Shown here piece by piece: positions 9,584 through 20,000 of a DNA stretch of 64,000 nucleotides. The translations under genes and the position numbers were made by a program. How positions within the stretch are numbered: position 1 is the stretch's first letter; the number at the start of each line of letters is the position of its first letter. Source of the stretch: an uncultured Ruminococcus sp. (lineage in GTDB: Bacteria > Bacillota > Clostridia > Oscillospirales > Ruminococcaceae); the NCBI GenBank assembly GCA_946534605.1, contig CAMNCU010000003.1:954-64953 (forward strand). The letters are read 5' to 3'. The notes beneath the pieces were generated by a model. It did not search any database. It was not told where the DNA came from and saw only the letters and a list, made by a program, of their open reading frames with translations.

Positions 9584-10204
9584 TTAATTTGATAAATAAA
9601 TCTTGACTTTGTCGGCGACTTCTCCGGACAGGTCAGAGAGCTGTTCCAGATTGCCGTTGTTATGAATCACATAATCCGAATGCTGAATGAAAAATGCTTC
9701 ATCAAGCTGGGCGTTCATGCGTTCTCTGGCGGCTTGTTCAGACATGGCATCGCGAGCCATGATTCTGGCACAGCGGATTTCCGGATTCGCCACCACGGAA
9801 ATAATCATATCACAGAAATCAGAAGCCCGGCTTTCAAAGAGCGTCGGCGCATCCAGTAAAATAAAATGACATTCCTGTTCGGCAAACTGATTGATTTTCC
9901 GGAAGATTTCTTCTGTAATAAACGGATAGCAGATACTGTTCAGACTTTCGAGTTTTTTCTTGTCAGTAAAGACAATTTTCGCGAGGGCTTTCCGGTCGAG
10001 ACTGCCGTCGGGATTTCTGACAGAATCACCGAAATAATCGAAAATTTCGGCAAGGCAGGGCATACCGGGTTCGACAACTTCATGAGAAATTTTATCGGCA
10101 TCAATCAGCATGAAACCATGCCTGACGAAAATTTCCGAAACAGTACTTTTTCCCGCGCCGGTCTGACCAGTCAGCCCGACAACAATAGTATGCGGTTCCA
10201 TCAT
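9584..10204 (-). CDS. coaE: Dephospho-CoA kinase
   Basis: 206 aa with P-loop GLTGQTGAGKST at the N-terminus and typical CoaE length. Confidence 0.85.
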   Translation of the reverse strand: MMEPHTIVVGLTGQTGAGKSTVSEIFVRHGFMLIDADKISHEVVEPGMPCLAEIFDYFGDSVRNPDGSLDRKALAKIVFTDKKKLESLNSICYPFITEEIFRKINQFAEQECHFILLDAPTLFESRASDFCDMIISVVANPEIRCARIMARDAMSEQAARERMNAQLDEAFFIQHSDYVIHNNGNLEQLSDLSGEVADKVKIYLSN

Positions 10205-11217
10205 AAGCGAATCACCTCGAATCCGGCGGCACGCATGAGCCTGTTATAGACGGAGAGGTCTGCGCCTGACTGCTCCGGCATACGGACATAGACGGTTTCC
10301 GCGCCTTGTTCGTCGAGTTCCCGGAAGCGGAAAAATAAATCATGTGCCTGATGAATGCCATCATCTCCGTAATGCAGACAGGGAATGCCGCTGATTTCCG
10401 GGTCGGAATCGAACAGCAGACACCAGACACCGGCATTCTGATGCTGACGGACATAGTTTTCAAAAGTCTTGAAATCCGGCGCATCTACGGGGAGAATCTT
10501 TGCTTTCGGGGAGTAATGCTTATATTTCATGCCGGGGGAAGCGACTTTCACATCCGGGGCGGTCTGCTCAAAGACAGCTTTATCAACATAGACAGATTTT
10601 GCATAGGGAATCAAATCTTCTCTGGAAATCAGACCGGGGCGGAGGATATGAATCGTCTGTGCATCATCGAAGCAGATAACAGTTGATTCCACGCCGACAC
10701 TGCACTGACCGCCGTCGAGTACAGCAGAGATTCTGCCGTTCATATCATCCATGACATGTTTTGCGGTTGTGGGGCTTGGCAGTCCGGAACGGTTCGCGGA
10801 AGGCGCGGCAATCGGACAGCCGGAAAGTGAAATCAGCTTCTGCGCCATCGGATGGGAAGGCATCCGGATGCCGACGGTTTCCAGACCGCCGGAAGTGACA
10901 TACGGAATTTCGGCACGTTTCGGAAAAATCATGGTCAGAGGACCTGCCCAGAATTTTTCTGCCAGTCTGAGAGCGATTGCCGGCACATCCGCCGCGATGC
11001 CGTCAAGCATAGACAAATCTGAGATATGCACAATCAGGGGATTGTCTGCCGGTCTGCCTTTGGCGGCGAAGATGGCACGGACGGAATCTTCCCTTCTGGC
11101 ATCTGCGCCGAGTCCGTAAACTGTTTCTGTCGGAAATGCAACAAGTTCGCCGTCACGAATCAGCTGTGCGGCAAGTATTAAATCCTGTTCTGTATCTTGT
11201 AATAATCTGGTCATCAT
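10201..11217 (-). CDS. tsaC: L-threonylcarbamoyladenylate synthase (Sua5/YwlC type)
   Basis: [13 protein letters not shown] motif. The 338-aa length fits a YrdC domain plus a Sua5 C-terminal domain. 4-nt overlaps with its neighbours. Confidence 0.85.
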   Translation of the reverse strand: MMTRLLQDTEQDLILAAQLIRDGELVAFPTETVYGLGADARREDSVRAIFAAKGRPADNPLIVHISDLSMLDGIAADVPAIALRLAEKFWAGPLTMIFPKRAEIPYVTSGGLETVGIRMPSHPMAQKLISLSGCPIAAPSANRSGLPSPTTAKHVMDDMNGRISAVLDGGQCSVGVESTVICFDDAQTIHILRPGLISREDLIPYAKSVYVDKAVFEQTAPDVKVASPGMKYKHYSPKAKILPVDAPDFKTFENYVRQHQNAGVWCLLFDSDPEISGIPCLHYGDDGIHQAHDLFFRFRELDEQGAETVYVRMPEQSGADLSVYNRLMRAAGFEVIRL

Positions 11218-12296
11218 GTATTCTGCCCCGCTAACTTTGCTGCCTGGTCTGCCGTGGCAAGCGCATCAAAAATCTCATCCAAATCGCCGTTGAGAATGCT
11301 TTCCAGACGATAGAGCGTCAGATTGATTCTGTGGTCAGTCATGCGTCCCTGCGGATAGTTATATGTCCGGATGCGTTCTGACCTGTCGCCTGTGCCGACC
11401 TGCATTTTTCTTTCCGAAGCGATTTTGTCATTCTGTTCCTGCTGTTTGATTTCAAATAATCTTGCCCGGAGAACTTTCAAAGCTTTATCTTTGTTTTTAT
11501 GCTGACTGCGTTCATCCTGACATTCCACCACAAGTCCTGTCGGCAGATGGGTGATTCTGACAGCGGATTCTGTCTTGTTGATATGCTGACCGCCTGCGCC
11601 GCTGGAACGGAAGACATCAATTTTGAGTTCTGTCGGACTGAGTTCCAGTTCGACTTCATCAGCTTCGGGCAGTACAGCTACTGTTACAGTAGAAGTATGA
11701 ATTCTGCCCTGTGATTCCGTTTCCGGAACGCGCTGAACGCGGTGAACGCCGCTTTCATATTTCAATCTGGAATAAGCCGCTTCGCCGTCGATGGAAAAGC
11801 TGATTTCCTTAAAGCCGCCGAGTTCCGTCGGACTGGCATTCAGAATTTCCAGTTTCCAGCGGTGCGCCTCTGCATACATGCTGTACATACGGAACAGCGA
11901 ATTTGCAAACAGGGAAGCTTCTTCGCCGCCTGCACCGCCGCGGATTTCGATAATCACGTTCTTGTCATCATTAGGGTCTTTCGGCAGAAGCAGAATTTTC
12001 AGCTGCTGTTCCTGTTCTTCAAGCTGAAATTTTGCATCTTCCAGCTGAGACTGTGCCATTTCCTTGAGTTCGGTATCCTGTCCGGAATCTTCCAGAAGAT
12101 TTTTCGCTTCTTCCAAATCCTTCTGCGCGTTCTGATAAATCCGGAATGCCTCTATAATCGGCGTTAGATTTTTATATTCTTTCATGAGTGCGGCATATTT
12201 TTCACGGTCTGTAATAATTTCGGGACTGGAAAGCTGTTCGCTCATGTTCTGATATTTTTCCGCCATTGTCAGTAATTTTTCAAACATGTGTTTCAC
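11214..12296 (-). CDS. prfA: Peptide chain release factor 1
   Basis: 360 aa with the GGQ motif ([19 protein letters not shown]) and an RF1-type tripeptide region ([17 protein letters not shown]). Confidence 0.9.
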   Translation of the reverse strand: MKHMFEKLLTMAEKYQNMSEQLSSPEIITDREKYAALMKEYKNLTPIIEAFRIYQNAQKDLEEAKNLLEDSGQDTELKEMAQSQLEDAKFQLEEQEQQLKILLLPKDPNDDKNVIIEIRGGAGGEEASLFANSLFRMYSMYAEAHRWKLEILNASPTELGGFKEISFSIDGEAAYSRLKYESGVHRVQRVPETESQGRIHTSTVTVAVLPEADEVELELSPTELKIDVFRSSGAGGQHINKTESAVRITHLPTGLVVECQDERSQHKNKDKALKVLRARLFEIKQQEQNDKIASERKMQVGTGDRSERIRTYNYPQGRMTDHRINLTLYRLESILNGDLDEIFDALATADQAAKLAGQNT

Positions 12297-12495
12297 CTTC
12301 CTGACTGTCCTGATTTTCCTGATGTGTAACCTGCCGGATATATTTTTCGATTTTCAGTCTTGGCACGAGGAATTCTCTGCCGCATCTGACACAGCGCAGC
12401 CGGAAATCCATGCCGGTGCGCAGCACGAGCATTTCCTTTGCGCCGCAGGGATGCTGTTTCTTCATCACCAGTCTGTCATTGACGCGAATATCCAT
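12280..12495 (-). CDS. DUF951-family small protein
   Basis: 71 aa from ATG 12495 ([22 protein letters not shown]...RCVRCGREF), a conserved small protein often found near prfA. The longer track ORF (to 12615) is unlikely. Confidence 0.6.
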   Translation of the reverse strand: MDIRVNDRLVMKKQHPCGAKEMLVLRTGMDFRLRCVRCGREFLVPRLKIEKYIRQVTHQENQDSQEGETHV

Positions 12496-12528
12496 TCTGT
12501 AACTTTCTCCTTTTCTTTCTCTCTTGTT

Positions 12529-12557
12529 TTGCAGAAAAAGCAATTCTATTTTATTAT
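12529..12557 (+). promoter_or_regulatory. Candidate sigma-A-type promoter, back-to-back with the minus-strand one
   Basis: Plus strand: TTGCAG (12529..12534), 17-nt spacer, TATTAT (12552..12557). Its -10 overlaps the minus-strand -10 with a 1-nt offset. Confidence 0.35.
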
Positions 12558-12581
12558 ACCGCATTTTTTTGAAAAAGGCAA
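12553..12581 (-). promoter_or_regulatory. Sigma-A-type promoter for DUF951-prfA-tsaC-coaE
   Basis: Minus strand: TTGCCT (12581..12576), 17-nt spacer, TATAAT (12558..12553). Confidence 0.5.
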
Positions 12582-12629
12582 TATTTAGCGTACATAGTTT
12601 TTCGGATTTGTGCAATCATAATAAAAATA

Positions 12630-12664
12630 ACAGTCCTGTCCTGTACAGGTTGCTGTATTTTTTT
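12630..12664 (+). terminator. Terminator-like hairpin in the leader of the 12692 gene
   Basis: ACAG-t-CCTGT, loop CCTGT, ACAGG-ttg-CTGT, followed by A-T7. It ends 28 nt before ATG 12692. Confidence 0.35.
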
Positions 12665-12691
12665 AAATCATCAAACAGGAGATGTCTTTTT

Positions 12692-13039
12692 ATGGAACTT
12701 TGCAGAATGAAAGGCGAATTTGCCTCCGAAGAACTTGCCGAACTTGCTGCCGGACGCATCCGCAGAAGTCTGAAACATGTCCGCAGTCTCCGCATTCGGA
12801 AACTGGGAAAGGCTCTGCCTTCGGTCAGCGGCAGACAGCATTTTACCATGCTCCCGGCAAACCTGAGAATGGAAAATTATGCCACAGATGTCCTGATTTC
12901 TGAGATGAGTGATTCTGTTTACCCGGAACACTGGTTCCGGAAATCTGCCGAACTGACCGTCATCTGTGACAAAGACGATTCCGGCGCAGTTTCGGCGATT
13001 ATGCAGGCTCTGGGCGCGGTGCAGGTTCACTTTGCATGA
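12692..13039 (+). CDS. Hypothetical protein
   Basis: 115 aa from ATG 12692, preceded by ACAGGAG. No recognised motif. Confidence 0.4.
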   Translation: MELCRMKGEFASEELAELAAGRIRRSLKHVRSLRIRKLGKALPSVSGRQHFTMLPANLRMENYATDVLISEMSDSVYPEHWFRKSAELTVICDKDDSGAVSAIMQALGAVQVHFA

Positions 13040-13090
13040 TTTTGTCATCAAATTGTGATAATTTTTGACAAAAAGTAATCATTCATGTAC

Positions 13091-13119
13091 TTGACAAATC
13101 TTCAAAAATATGATAGCAT
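13091..13119 (+). promoter_or_regulatory. Promoter of the S1-domain gene
   Basis: TTGACA (13091..13096), 17-nt spacer, extended -10 TGaTAGCAT (13112..13119). Confidence 0.5.
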
Positions 13120-13136
13120 GAAAGAGATGAAAATCT

Positions 13137-13216
13137 GCCGGATGTCAGAAAGTCATCTGCTGTAGTCGGAATCTGACAGGTTCTATTCCAGACTTATCCG
13201 GCATATACTACAGCAG
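13137..13216 (+). promoter_or_regulatory. Structured 5' leader (interleaved helices, pseudoknot or alternative folds)
   Basis: GCCGGAT 13137..13143 pairs with ATCCGGC 13196..13202. TGTCAGA 13143..13149 pairs with TCTGACA 13172..13178. CTGCTGTAGT 13157..13166 pairs with ACTACAGCAG 13207..13216. Confidence 0.4.
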
Positions 13217-13251
13217 GACTTTTCCTAAAATAAAAATCGGAGGTCGAAAAC

Positions 13252-14202
13252 ATGTATCAGAAACATTTTTGTCCGGAAGGCACGCTTCTGGACACACCCG
13301 AGAATCAGGCAGCCATTTCCAGTCCGCAGGGTCTTTTACAGGCGCAGCTGACCGGAAGAATCCTCGAAGCCAGAGTGACTACCTGTGACAGCAACCATAA
13401 TATGTGGGTGAGTATGCCCTGTATGAGAGGCATGATTCCCCGCGAAGAAGGTGCTGTCGGTATTCTGGAAGGAGAACTCCGCGACATTGCGCTTATCGCA
13501 AGAGTCGGGAAGCCTGTCTGCTTCAAAGTCATCCGTCTGGAAACTGATGAAACAGGGGAGGAAGTAGCGATTCTGTCGCGCCGTGCCGTTCAGGAACAGT
13601 GCATGGCACAGTTTCTCAGCCAGCTGAACCCCGGTGACATTATTGATGCCAAAGTCACCCATCTGGAGCCTTTCGGCGCGTTTGTCGATATCGGTTCCGG
13701 AATCGCGTCCATGGTGCCGATTGATGCGATTTCTGTTTCCAGAATTGCACACCCGTCTGACCGCTTTGTGGTCGGGCAGAATATCCGCGTGATTATCAAA
13801 GGCAGACAGGACAAGAGAATTCTGCTTTCTCACAAGGAACTGCTCGGCACATGGGAAGAAAATGCGGCTCTGTTCCACGTCGGGGAGACTACCTGCGGCA
13901 TTGTGCGTTCCGTCGAAAAGTACGGCGTATTCATCGAACTGATGCCGAACCTCGCCGGACTTGCTGAACTCCGCCAGCCGGTGGAAGTCGGTCAGCGCAC
14001 CAGCGTTTACATTAAGGCTCTCATCCCGGAAAAACTCAAAGTCAAGCTGATTCTGGTGGATGTCTGTGAAGACAGTGCCAAACCTGAACCGCTGCGGTAT
14101 TTCTATCATGAAGACCATATAGACCACTGGATTTATACACCGCCGGGAGCAGGCAAATTTATCGATACCGTCTTTGATGGCAATCTGACGGGCATTCTGT
14201 AA
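13252..14202 (+). CDS. S1 RNA-binding domain protein (three S1-like repeats)
   Basis: 316 aa with repeated S1 signatures (GDIIDAKVTHLEPFGAFVDIG, GETTCGIVRSVEKYGVFIEL). RBS GGAGG lies upstream. Confidence 0.7.
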   Translation: MYQKHFCPEGTLLDTPENQAAISSPQGLLQAQLTGRILEARVTTCDSNHNMWVSMPCMRGMIPREEGAVGILEGELRDIALIARVGKPVCFKVIRLETDETGEEVAILSRRAVQEQCMAQFLSQLNPGDIIDAKVTHLEPFGAFVDIGSGIASMVPIDAISVSRIAHPSDRFVVGQNIRVIIKGRQDKRILLSHKELLGTWEENAALFHVGETTCGIVRSVEKYGVFIELMPNLAGLAELRQPVEVGQRTSVYIKALIPEKLKVKLILVDVCEDSAKPEPLRYFYHEDHIDHWIYTPPGAGKFIDTVFDGNLTGIL

Positions 14203-14211
14203 TGATTTTTG

Positions 14212-14244
14212 AATCCGGTTCTTTCGCAGAACCGGATTTTTTAT
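14212..14244 (+). terminator. Intrinsic terminator
   Basis: Arms AATCCGGTTCT and AGAACCGGATT followed by a T-run. Confidence 0.75.
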
Positions 14245-14369
14245 TTGATAAAATACCGTGAATTTTTATATTATTTTTGTATATTCTGCCGAAATTTACA
14301 GAAATATCATAAAAATTCCGGTTGCCGGACGTATCATAGATAACCAAGTTAAAGAAAGGGGATTTCCTT

Positions 14370-15605
14370 ATGAAATTCAAAAAATTAATCAGTGTGCTTG
14401 CTTCGTGCGTTCTGCTTTCCGGGTGCGGTGCTGTCAGCGAAACGCCCGGTAATAATCTGACTGCTTCCGTGCAGAGCCAGCCCGTCAGCGTATCCGTTCC
14501 GGAAGGTGATTTTCAAACCTCACAGATGCAGTTTGCAGTCAAGCTTTTTCAGGAAAGCGTTTCCGAAACACCGGACGGCAATGTTCTTGTTTCTCCGCTG
14601 TCGGTAATGCTTGCACTCTCCATGACCGCCAACGGCGCGAACGGGCAGACGCTCTCCGAAATGGAACAGGTTCTCGGCAGTCCGCTTTCTGACCTGAATC
14701 AGAATCTTTACAGTTATACGCACAATCTGCCGTCCGGCGAAAATGCGAAGCTTTCTCTTGCAAATTCCATCTGGTTCAGAGACAGAGAAGATTTCAGCGT
14801 CAAACAGGAATTTTTACAGACTGATGCGGATTATTATCAGGCGGATGTATTTCAAGAGGCGTTCGACTCGAAAACATGCAATAAAATCAACAGCTGGGTG
14901 AAACAGAAAACAGACGGCATGATTCCGCAGATTATTGATACTATCGATACCGATACAATGATGTATTTAATCAATGCGCTGTCGTTCGATGCCGAATGGC
15001 TTCATATCTACGAAGATACGGATATTCGTGAAAATCAGAAATTCACGAATGCTGACGGCACAGAACAGACTGTCACGATGATGTCCTCAATAGAACCCAG
15101 ATATCTGAAATCCGAACATGCTAAAGGCTTTATTAAGCCATATAAAGATGGCTATAGTTTCGCGGCGATTCTGCCGGAAGAAAATCTTTCCGTAGATGAT
15201 TATATCGCTTCCCTGAATCCGGAATTGCTTTCTGATATGCTGAACAATGCGCAGAATACCGCTGTCTTTGCCCAGATGCCGAAATTCAAGTCAGAATATG
15301 ATACTTCTCTTGTGAATGCCCTGAAAGCTATGGGAATGCCGACAGCATTTTCCGGTACTGCCGATTTTTCCGGCATAAGTGATACATCTCTGTATATCAG
15401 TGATGTGCTTCACAAGACGTTTATCGAAGTCGACGAGCGCGGAACAAAAGCCGGAGCTGTGACCGCAGTCGCAGTAGCGGAAGGTGCAGGACTCGCATCA
15501 GATGAAAAAACAATTATTCTTGACAGACCATTTGTTTATATGATTATTGATGATGAAAATCATCTGCCTGTATTTATCGGCACAGTCCGGGAAATGCAGA
15601 ATTAA
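14370..15605 (+). CDS. Serpin (serine protease inhibitor), lipoprotein
   Basis: Lipobox LLSGC. Serpin body ending in hinge and reactive-centre loop DERGTKAGAVTAVAVAEGAGLASDEKTIILDRPFVYMI. Confidence 0.85.
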   Translation: MKFKKLISVLASCVLLSGCGAVSETPGNNLTASVQSQPVSVSVPEGDFQTSQMQFAVKLFQESVSETPDGNVLVSPLSVMLALSMTANGANGQTLSEMEQVLGSPLSDLNQNLYSYTHNLPSGENAKLSLANSIWFRDREDFSVKQEFLQTDADYYQADVFQEAFDSKTCNKINSWVKQKTDGMIPQIIDTIDTDTMMYLINALSFDAEWLHIYEDTDIRENQKFTNADGTEQTVTMMSSIEPRYLKSEHAKGFIKPYKDGYSFAAILPEENLSVDDYIASLNPELLSDMLNNAQNTAVFAQMPKFKSEYDTSLVNALKAMGMPTAFSGTADFSGISDTSLYISDVLHKTFIEVDERGTKAGAVTAVAVAEGAGLASDEKTIILDRPFVYMIIDDENHLPVFIGTVREMQN

Positions 15606-15618
15606 GGAGGAATGTTAC

Positions 15619-17001
15619 ATGAAATCGAAAAAATTATTATCAGCCGTTCTGTTGTGCAGTCTTCTGCTGACCGGGTGCGGAGGACAGACCGAATCCCTCA
15701 CACCGCCGGAATCCGCTGTGATTCCTGAAACAGAAACAACGACAGAAACGGAAGTCATCACAGAATCGGAAACAGAAACCCAAACAGAAATTATTACAGA
15801 ACCCGAAACAGAACCGCTTACAGAAACCGAATCCGAAACAGAAACAAACAGTTCTGTTTCCACATGGGAGGATATGACAATGAATGACGCATTCAAAACG
15901 AATCAGATGAATTTAGCAGTTTCACTGCTTCAGAAAGAAACCGAACGGCATTCTAACCAGAATGTTCTGATTTCGCCGTTTTCGATTTCGACGGCGTTAG
16001 CCCTGACCGCTGACGGTTCAGCCAGTGAAACCCGGAAACAGATGGAAGATTTCTTCGGTCAGGATATCGAAACTTTCGGCACGGATTTGAAAAACTATAC
16101 CGAAAATCTGCCTTCTACAGAAAACAGCAAGTGCGTTTCTGCAAATTCGGTCTGGATAAAACAGACAGATGAAATCACCGTAAAAGAAGATTTTCTCAAA
16201 ACTGCCGATGAACTCTATCATGCCGGCGTGTTTGAAGAACCCTTCGATTCCAGCACAAAAGATAAAATTAACGGCTGGGTCAGCGAACATACAGATAATA
16301 TGATTGATAAAATTATTGATGATATCAGCGAAGATGCTGTCATGTATCTTATCAACGCGCTGACATTCGACGCGCAGTGGGATGACCAGTATGAAGATTA
16401 TCAGATTGAAGACGGTACTTTCACGGCTCTGAACGGTACGGAACGAACCGTTTCCATGATGCAGAGTACAGAAGGCAGCTACTATGAAGATGAACATGCT
16501 GTCGGATTCAGCAAGCCTTACCGTTACGGCTATAGTTTTGTTGCACTGCTTCCGGATGAAGATACGGATATTCTGGATTATGTCAGCACGCTCGACGGCG
16601 AAAGAATTCATAATCTTCTGGAGAATCCGCAGAGATATGATGTCAATGCCAAACTTCCGGCATTCGAGACAGACTACAGCACAAGCCTGAAAGATTCTCT
16701 GGAATCCTCCATGCCAGATGCGTTCTCTCAGGAAAGTGCCGATTTTTCCAGGATGGCGGATGTCAATAATCCTGAAAAGAATCTCTATATCAATGATGTG
16801 ATTCATAAAACTTATATCTCCGTCGATAAGAACGGCACGAAAGCCGCCGCTGTGACGGCTGTCGAAATGTACGCTACTGCATCTGCCAGAGAAGAAAGAG
16901 AAATCAAAGAAGTCATTCTCGACCGCCCCTTTGTCTACCTGATTGTTGATAATGCAAATATGCTCCCGTTATTTATGGGAATTGTCACAGATATTGCTTG
17001 A
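15619..17001 (+). CDS. Serpin, lipoprotein with a Thr/Glu-rich linker
   Basis: ATG 15619 after AAGGAGG. Lipobox LLLTGC, a (T/E)-rich linker of about 45 aa, then a serpin body with hinge NGTKAAAVTAVEMYATASAREEREIKEVILDRPF. Confidence 0.85.
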   Translation: MKSKKLLSAVLLCSLLLTGCGGQTESLTPPESAVIPETETTTETEVITESETETQTEIITEPETEPLTETESETETNSSVSTWEDMTMNDAFKTNQMNLAVSLLQKETERHSNQNVLISPFSISTALALTADGSASETRKQMEDFFGQDIETFGTDLKNYTENLPSTENSKCVSANSVWIKQTDEITVKEDFLKTADELYHAGVFEEPFDSSTKDKINGWVSEHTDNMIDKIIDDISEDAVMYLINALTFDAQWDDQYEDYQIEDGTFTALNGTERTVSMMQSTEGSYYEDEHAVGFSKPYRYGYSFVALLPDEDTDILDYVSTLDGERIHNLLENPQRYDVNAKLPAFETDYSTSLKDSLESSMPDAFSQESADFSRMADVNNPEKNLYINDVIHKTYISVDKNGTKAAAVTAVEMYATASAREEREIKEVILDRPFVYLIVDNANMLPLFMGIVTDIA

Positions 17002-17026
17002 CTTTTTGAAAAATTTGCTATATAAT
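16998..17026 (+). promoter_or_regulatory. Sigma-A-type promoter of the xylanase gene
   Basis: TTGACT (16998..17003), 17-nt spacer, TATAAT (17021..17026). Confidence 0.6.
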
Positions 17027-17061
17027 AATAGTAACATATTTTATTCAAAGGGGAAAATTGT

Positions 17062-20000
17062 ATGAAAAAAAGAAGAATCACCGCAGGCATCATGACTGCC
17101 GCCATGCTGTTATCAGCTATGCCGGTCATGAACGTTGCCGCCGAAGATGTCGAACTCGTCAACGATACGTTCGAGGAAGGCTTCAGCACTTGGAAAGCCC
17201 GTACTTCCGGCAGTACGGAATTAAGCTTGTCGGACAAGTATGCCAATTCCGGAAGCAAGTCGCTTTCCGTAACCGGCAGAACTGTCAGCTGGAACGGCGC
17301 AGGTGCGTCCATGATTGGCACAATGTATGCCGGAAAGCAGTATACACTGAGTGTTGCCGTCATGTATGATGATGAAACAGTCGGCGGACAGAATCAGCAG
17401 TTCAATCTGCAATGCTTATACACTGATGCCAACGGCAAGGAAAATTATAAGTATATCAGCAGTGTGAACGCAAAAGTCGGCGAGTGGAGTACCATCAACG
17501 GAACATACACCGTTCCGGAAGATGCTTCCAATATCGTTATCTATGTCGAAGCCGCGACTTTAAGTGACTTCTATATGGATGATTTCACCGTCAAGGGCGA
17601 GAAAATCGAGAAAGAAGCCGGAAACGACGGCTTTTCTGATAATTTTGATGACGGTACTGTCATGAAATGGCAGGGCAGAGGCTCACAGACGACTCTGGAA
17701 GTTTCGACAAAATACGCGCACAGCGGAGAATATTCGCTTTATACAGACGGTCGTCAGCAGTTATGGAACGGCGCAACCTGTAATAAAGCTTTGGTTCTCG
17801 AAGCAGGGGGCTATTACAGATTCGGCTGTTATGTTCTCTATGACGGAGATGAATATACTGATACGCAGAAATTCTCTATCAATCTCCAGTATGATTTGAA
17901 CGGCAAAGAAAATTATTATACTATCTATACCGAAACCGCTAACAAAGGCGAATGGACTTACATCGGCACGGAATGCACCATTCCGGAAGGTGCTTCCAAT
18001 ATGTATGTTTACGTTCAGACAGCTTACAAGCCGGAATCTGCCGTGACAAGTCAGGATTTAATGGGCTTCTATCTGGATGATGTTACAGGCGAACGTCTGC
18101 CTGACCCGGCAATTCAGGAAGATATTGCTTCCCTGAAAGATATCTATGCAGATGATTTCAAAATCGGTTGTGCTGTTGCCGGTGCAGAATTCACACAGGG
18201 CGCGACGAAAGACCTGATTCTGAAACATTATAACAGCGTAACAATCGGAAACGAACTCAAGCCGGAAGCTGTTCTCGACCAGAGCGCAACGCTCGCCTAT
18301 ATGGAAGCCAACGGCGGTGACCAGACAAATCCGCAGATTTCTCTGAAACAGGCTGCTGCTATGCTCAAATTCTGCGAAGATAACAATCTTGATTTAAGAG
18401 GTCATGTTCTGGTATGGCACAGCCAGACGCCGGACTGGTTCTTTAAAGAAAATTATGATGCTTCTGCCGATTTCGTTTCTCCTGAAATCATGGACAAGCG
18501 CATGGAGAATTATATCAAGAACGTCATGGAAGCCATCAAAACGCAGTATCCGAAGCTGAACGTTTATTCATGGGATGTCGTGAATGAAGCCGCTTCCGAT
18601 TCCGGTACAATGAGAAACGCCGGAGCCTACTCACAGGGCGACGGTTCTTCCGGCTGGGTGAGCGTTTACGGCGACCAGAGTTATATCAAGAAAGCTTTCA
18701 CCTATGCGAGAAAATACGCACCGGAAGGCTGTAAATTATTCTACAATGACTATAACGAATACAGCGAGAATAAATTAAAATATATCCAGTCCGAAATTTT
18801 ACAGGAACTCGTTGACGCGAAGTTAATCGACGGCATGGGTATGCAGTCGCATATCGGTATGAGTTCTCCGTCTATCGCGCAGTATGAAACCGCTTTAAGA
18901 AGCTATGCGGCAATGGGTCTGGAAATTCAGGTCACTGAACTTGATGTGTCTCTCCGCTCGAATGCCGATGAAGATTTGCTTGCCTTAGCTGAAAGATATC
19001 GCCAGTGCTTCGATATGTATAAGCGTGTGAAGGCTGACGGTGTAAATCTGTCCGCTGTGGTACTCTGGGGCATTACGGATTCTACAAGCTGGATTGGCGG
19101 CTATCCGTTACTGTTCGATAAGGATTATCAGGCAAAAGCCGCTTATTATGCCGTTGCAGATACTTCCGCAGAAGTACAGACCATCCAGACAGCAAGAGCC
19201 TATATCGCAGGCACTTCCGCACAGCAGGCTTTTGAAGCACAGGCAGAAAATACAATCGGCAGTGCCGGAACGTTTAAAGTCGCTTATTCGCAGAAAACCG
19301 GAGAACTGATGTTCACAATCAATGCCAGAAAAGCCGGAACAGCAGTTCTTATGATTAACGGCGGAAAAGAAACAATTGATGTCGGAGCAGGGGAAAATGA
19401 TTATGCTATGCCCGTCAGTGACCTGAAAGCCGGAGATACTGTCCGTTTTGATATTTCTCTGAACGGCGAAAACTGGAATTCTCTGGGAGAATTATCAGAA
19501 TCCACAAGCGGCAAACTTCTAATTGCAGAAGTTCCGGCAATGGCGGAAGCCGTTCAGGGTACACCCACAATTGACGGCAAAATCGACGAAATCTGGAATA
19601 CGGCGAAAACCATCAATATAGATACTTACTCTATGGGTAACGGTGCGACCGGAACAGCAAAGATTCTCTGGGACAGCAAGAACATCTATGTTCTGGCAGA
19701 AGTCAAAGACCCGGTATTAAGCAAGGCAAGCAGCAACAGCTATGAACAGGATACTGTTGAAATCTTCCTGGATGAAAACAATCACAAGTCAACAGCTTAT
19801 GAAGCGGATGATATTCAGGTCAGAACGAATTTCGACAATGAAAAGTCCGTAACTGACGGACTTTCAACAGACAGATTCACATCCGCGACGACGAAAACTG
19901 CTGACGGCTATCTGGTAGAATTCGCGATTCCGTCAACTCTGGGCGGATTCAAGGCGAATCAGATTGTCGGATTTGACGCACAGGTCAATGATGACGGCAC

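Noticed and set aside
15720-15850. Short periodic ACAGAAAC(N)GAA-type repeats, also at 27540..27710 and 37504..37737, looked like tandem or CRISPR-like arrays.
   Set aside because: They are in frame inside CDSs and encode Thr/Glu/Ser/Pro-rich linkers. They have no constant repeat plus unique spacer organisation, and no cas genes are nearby.
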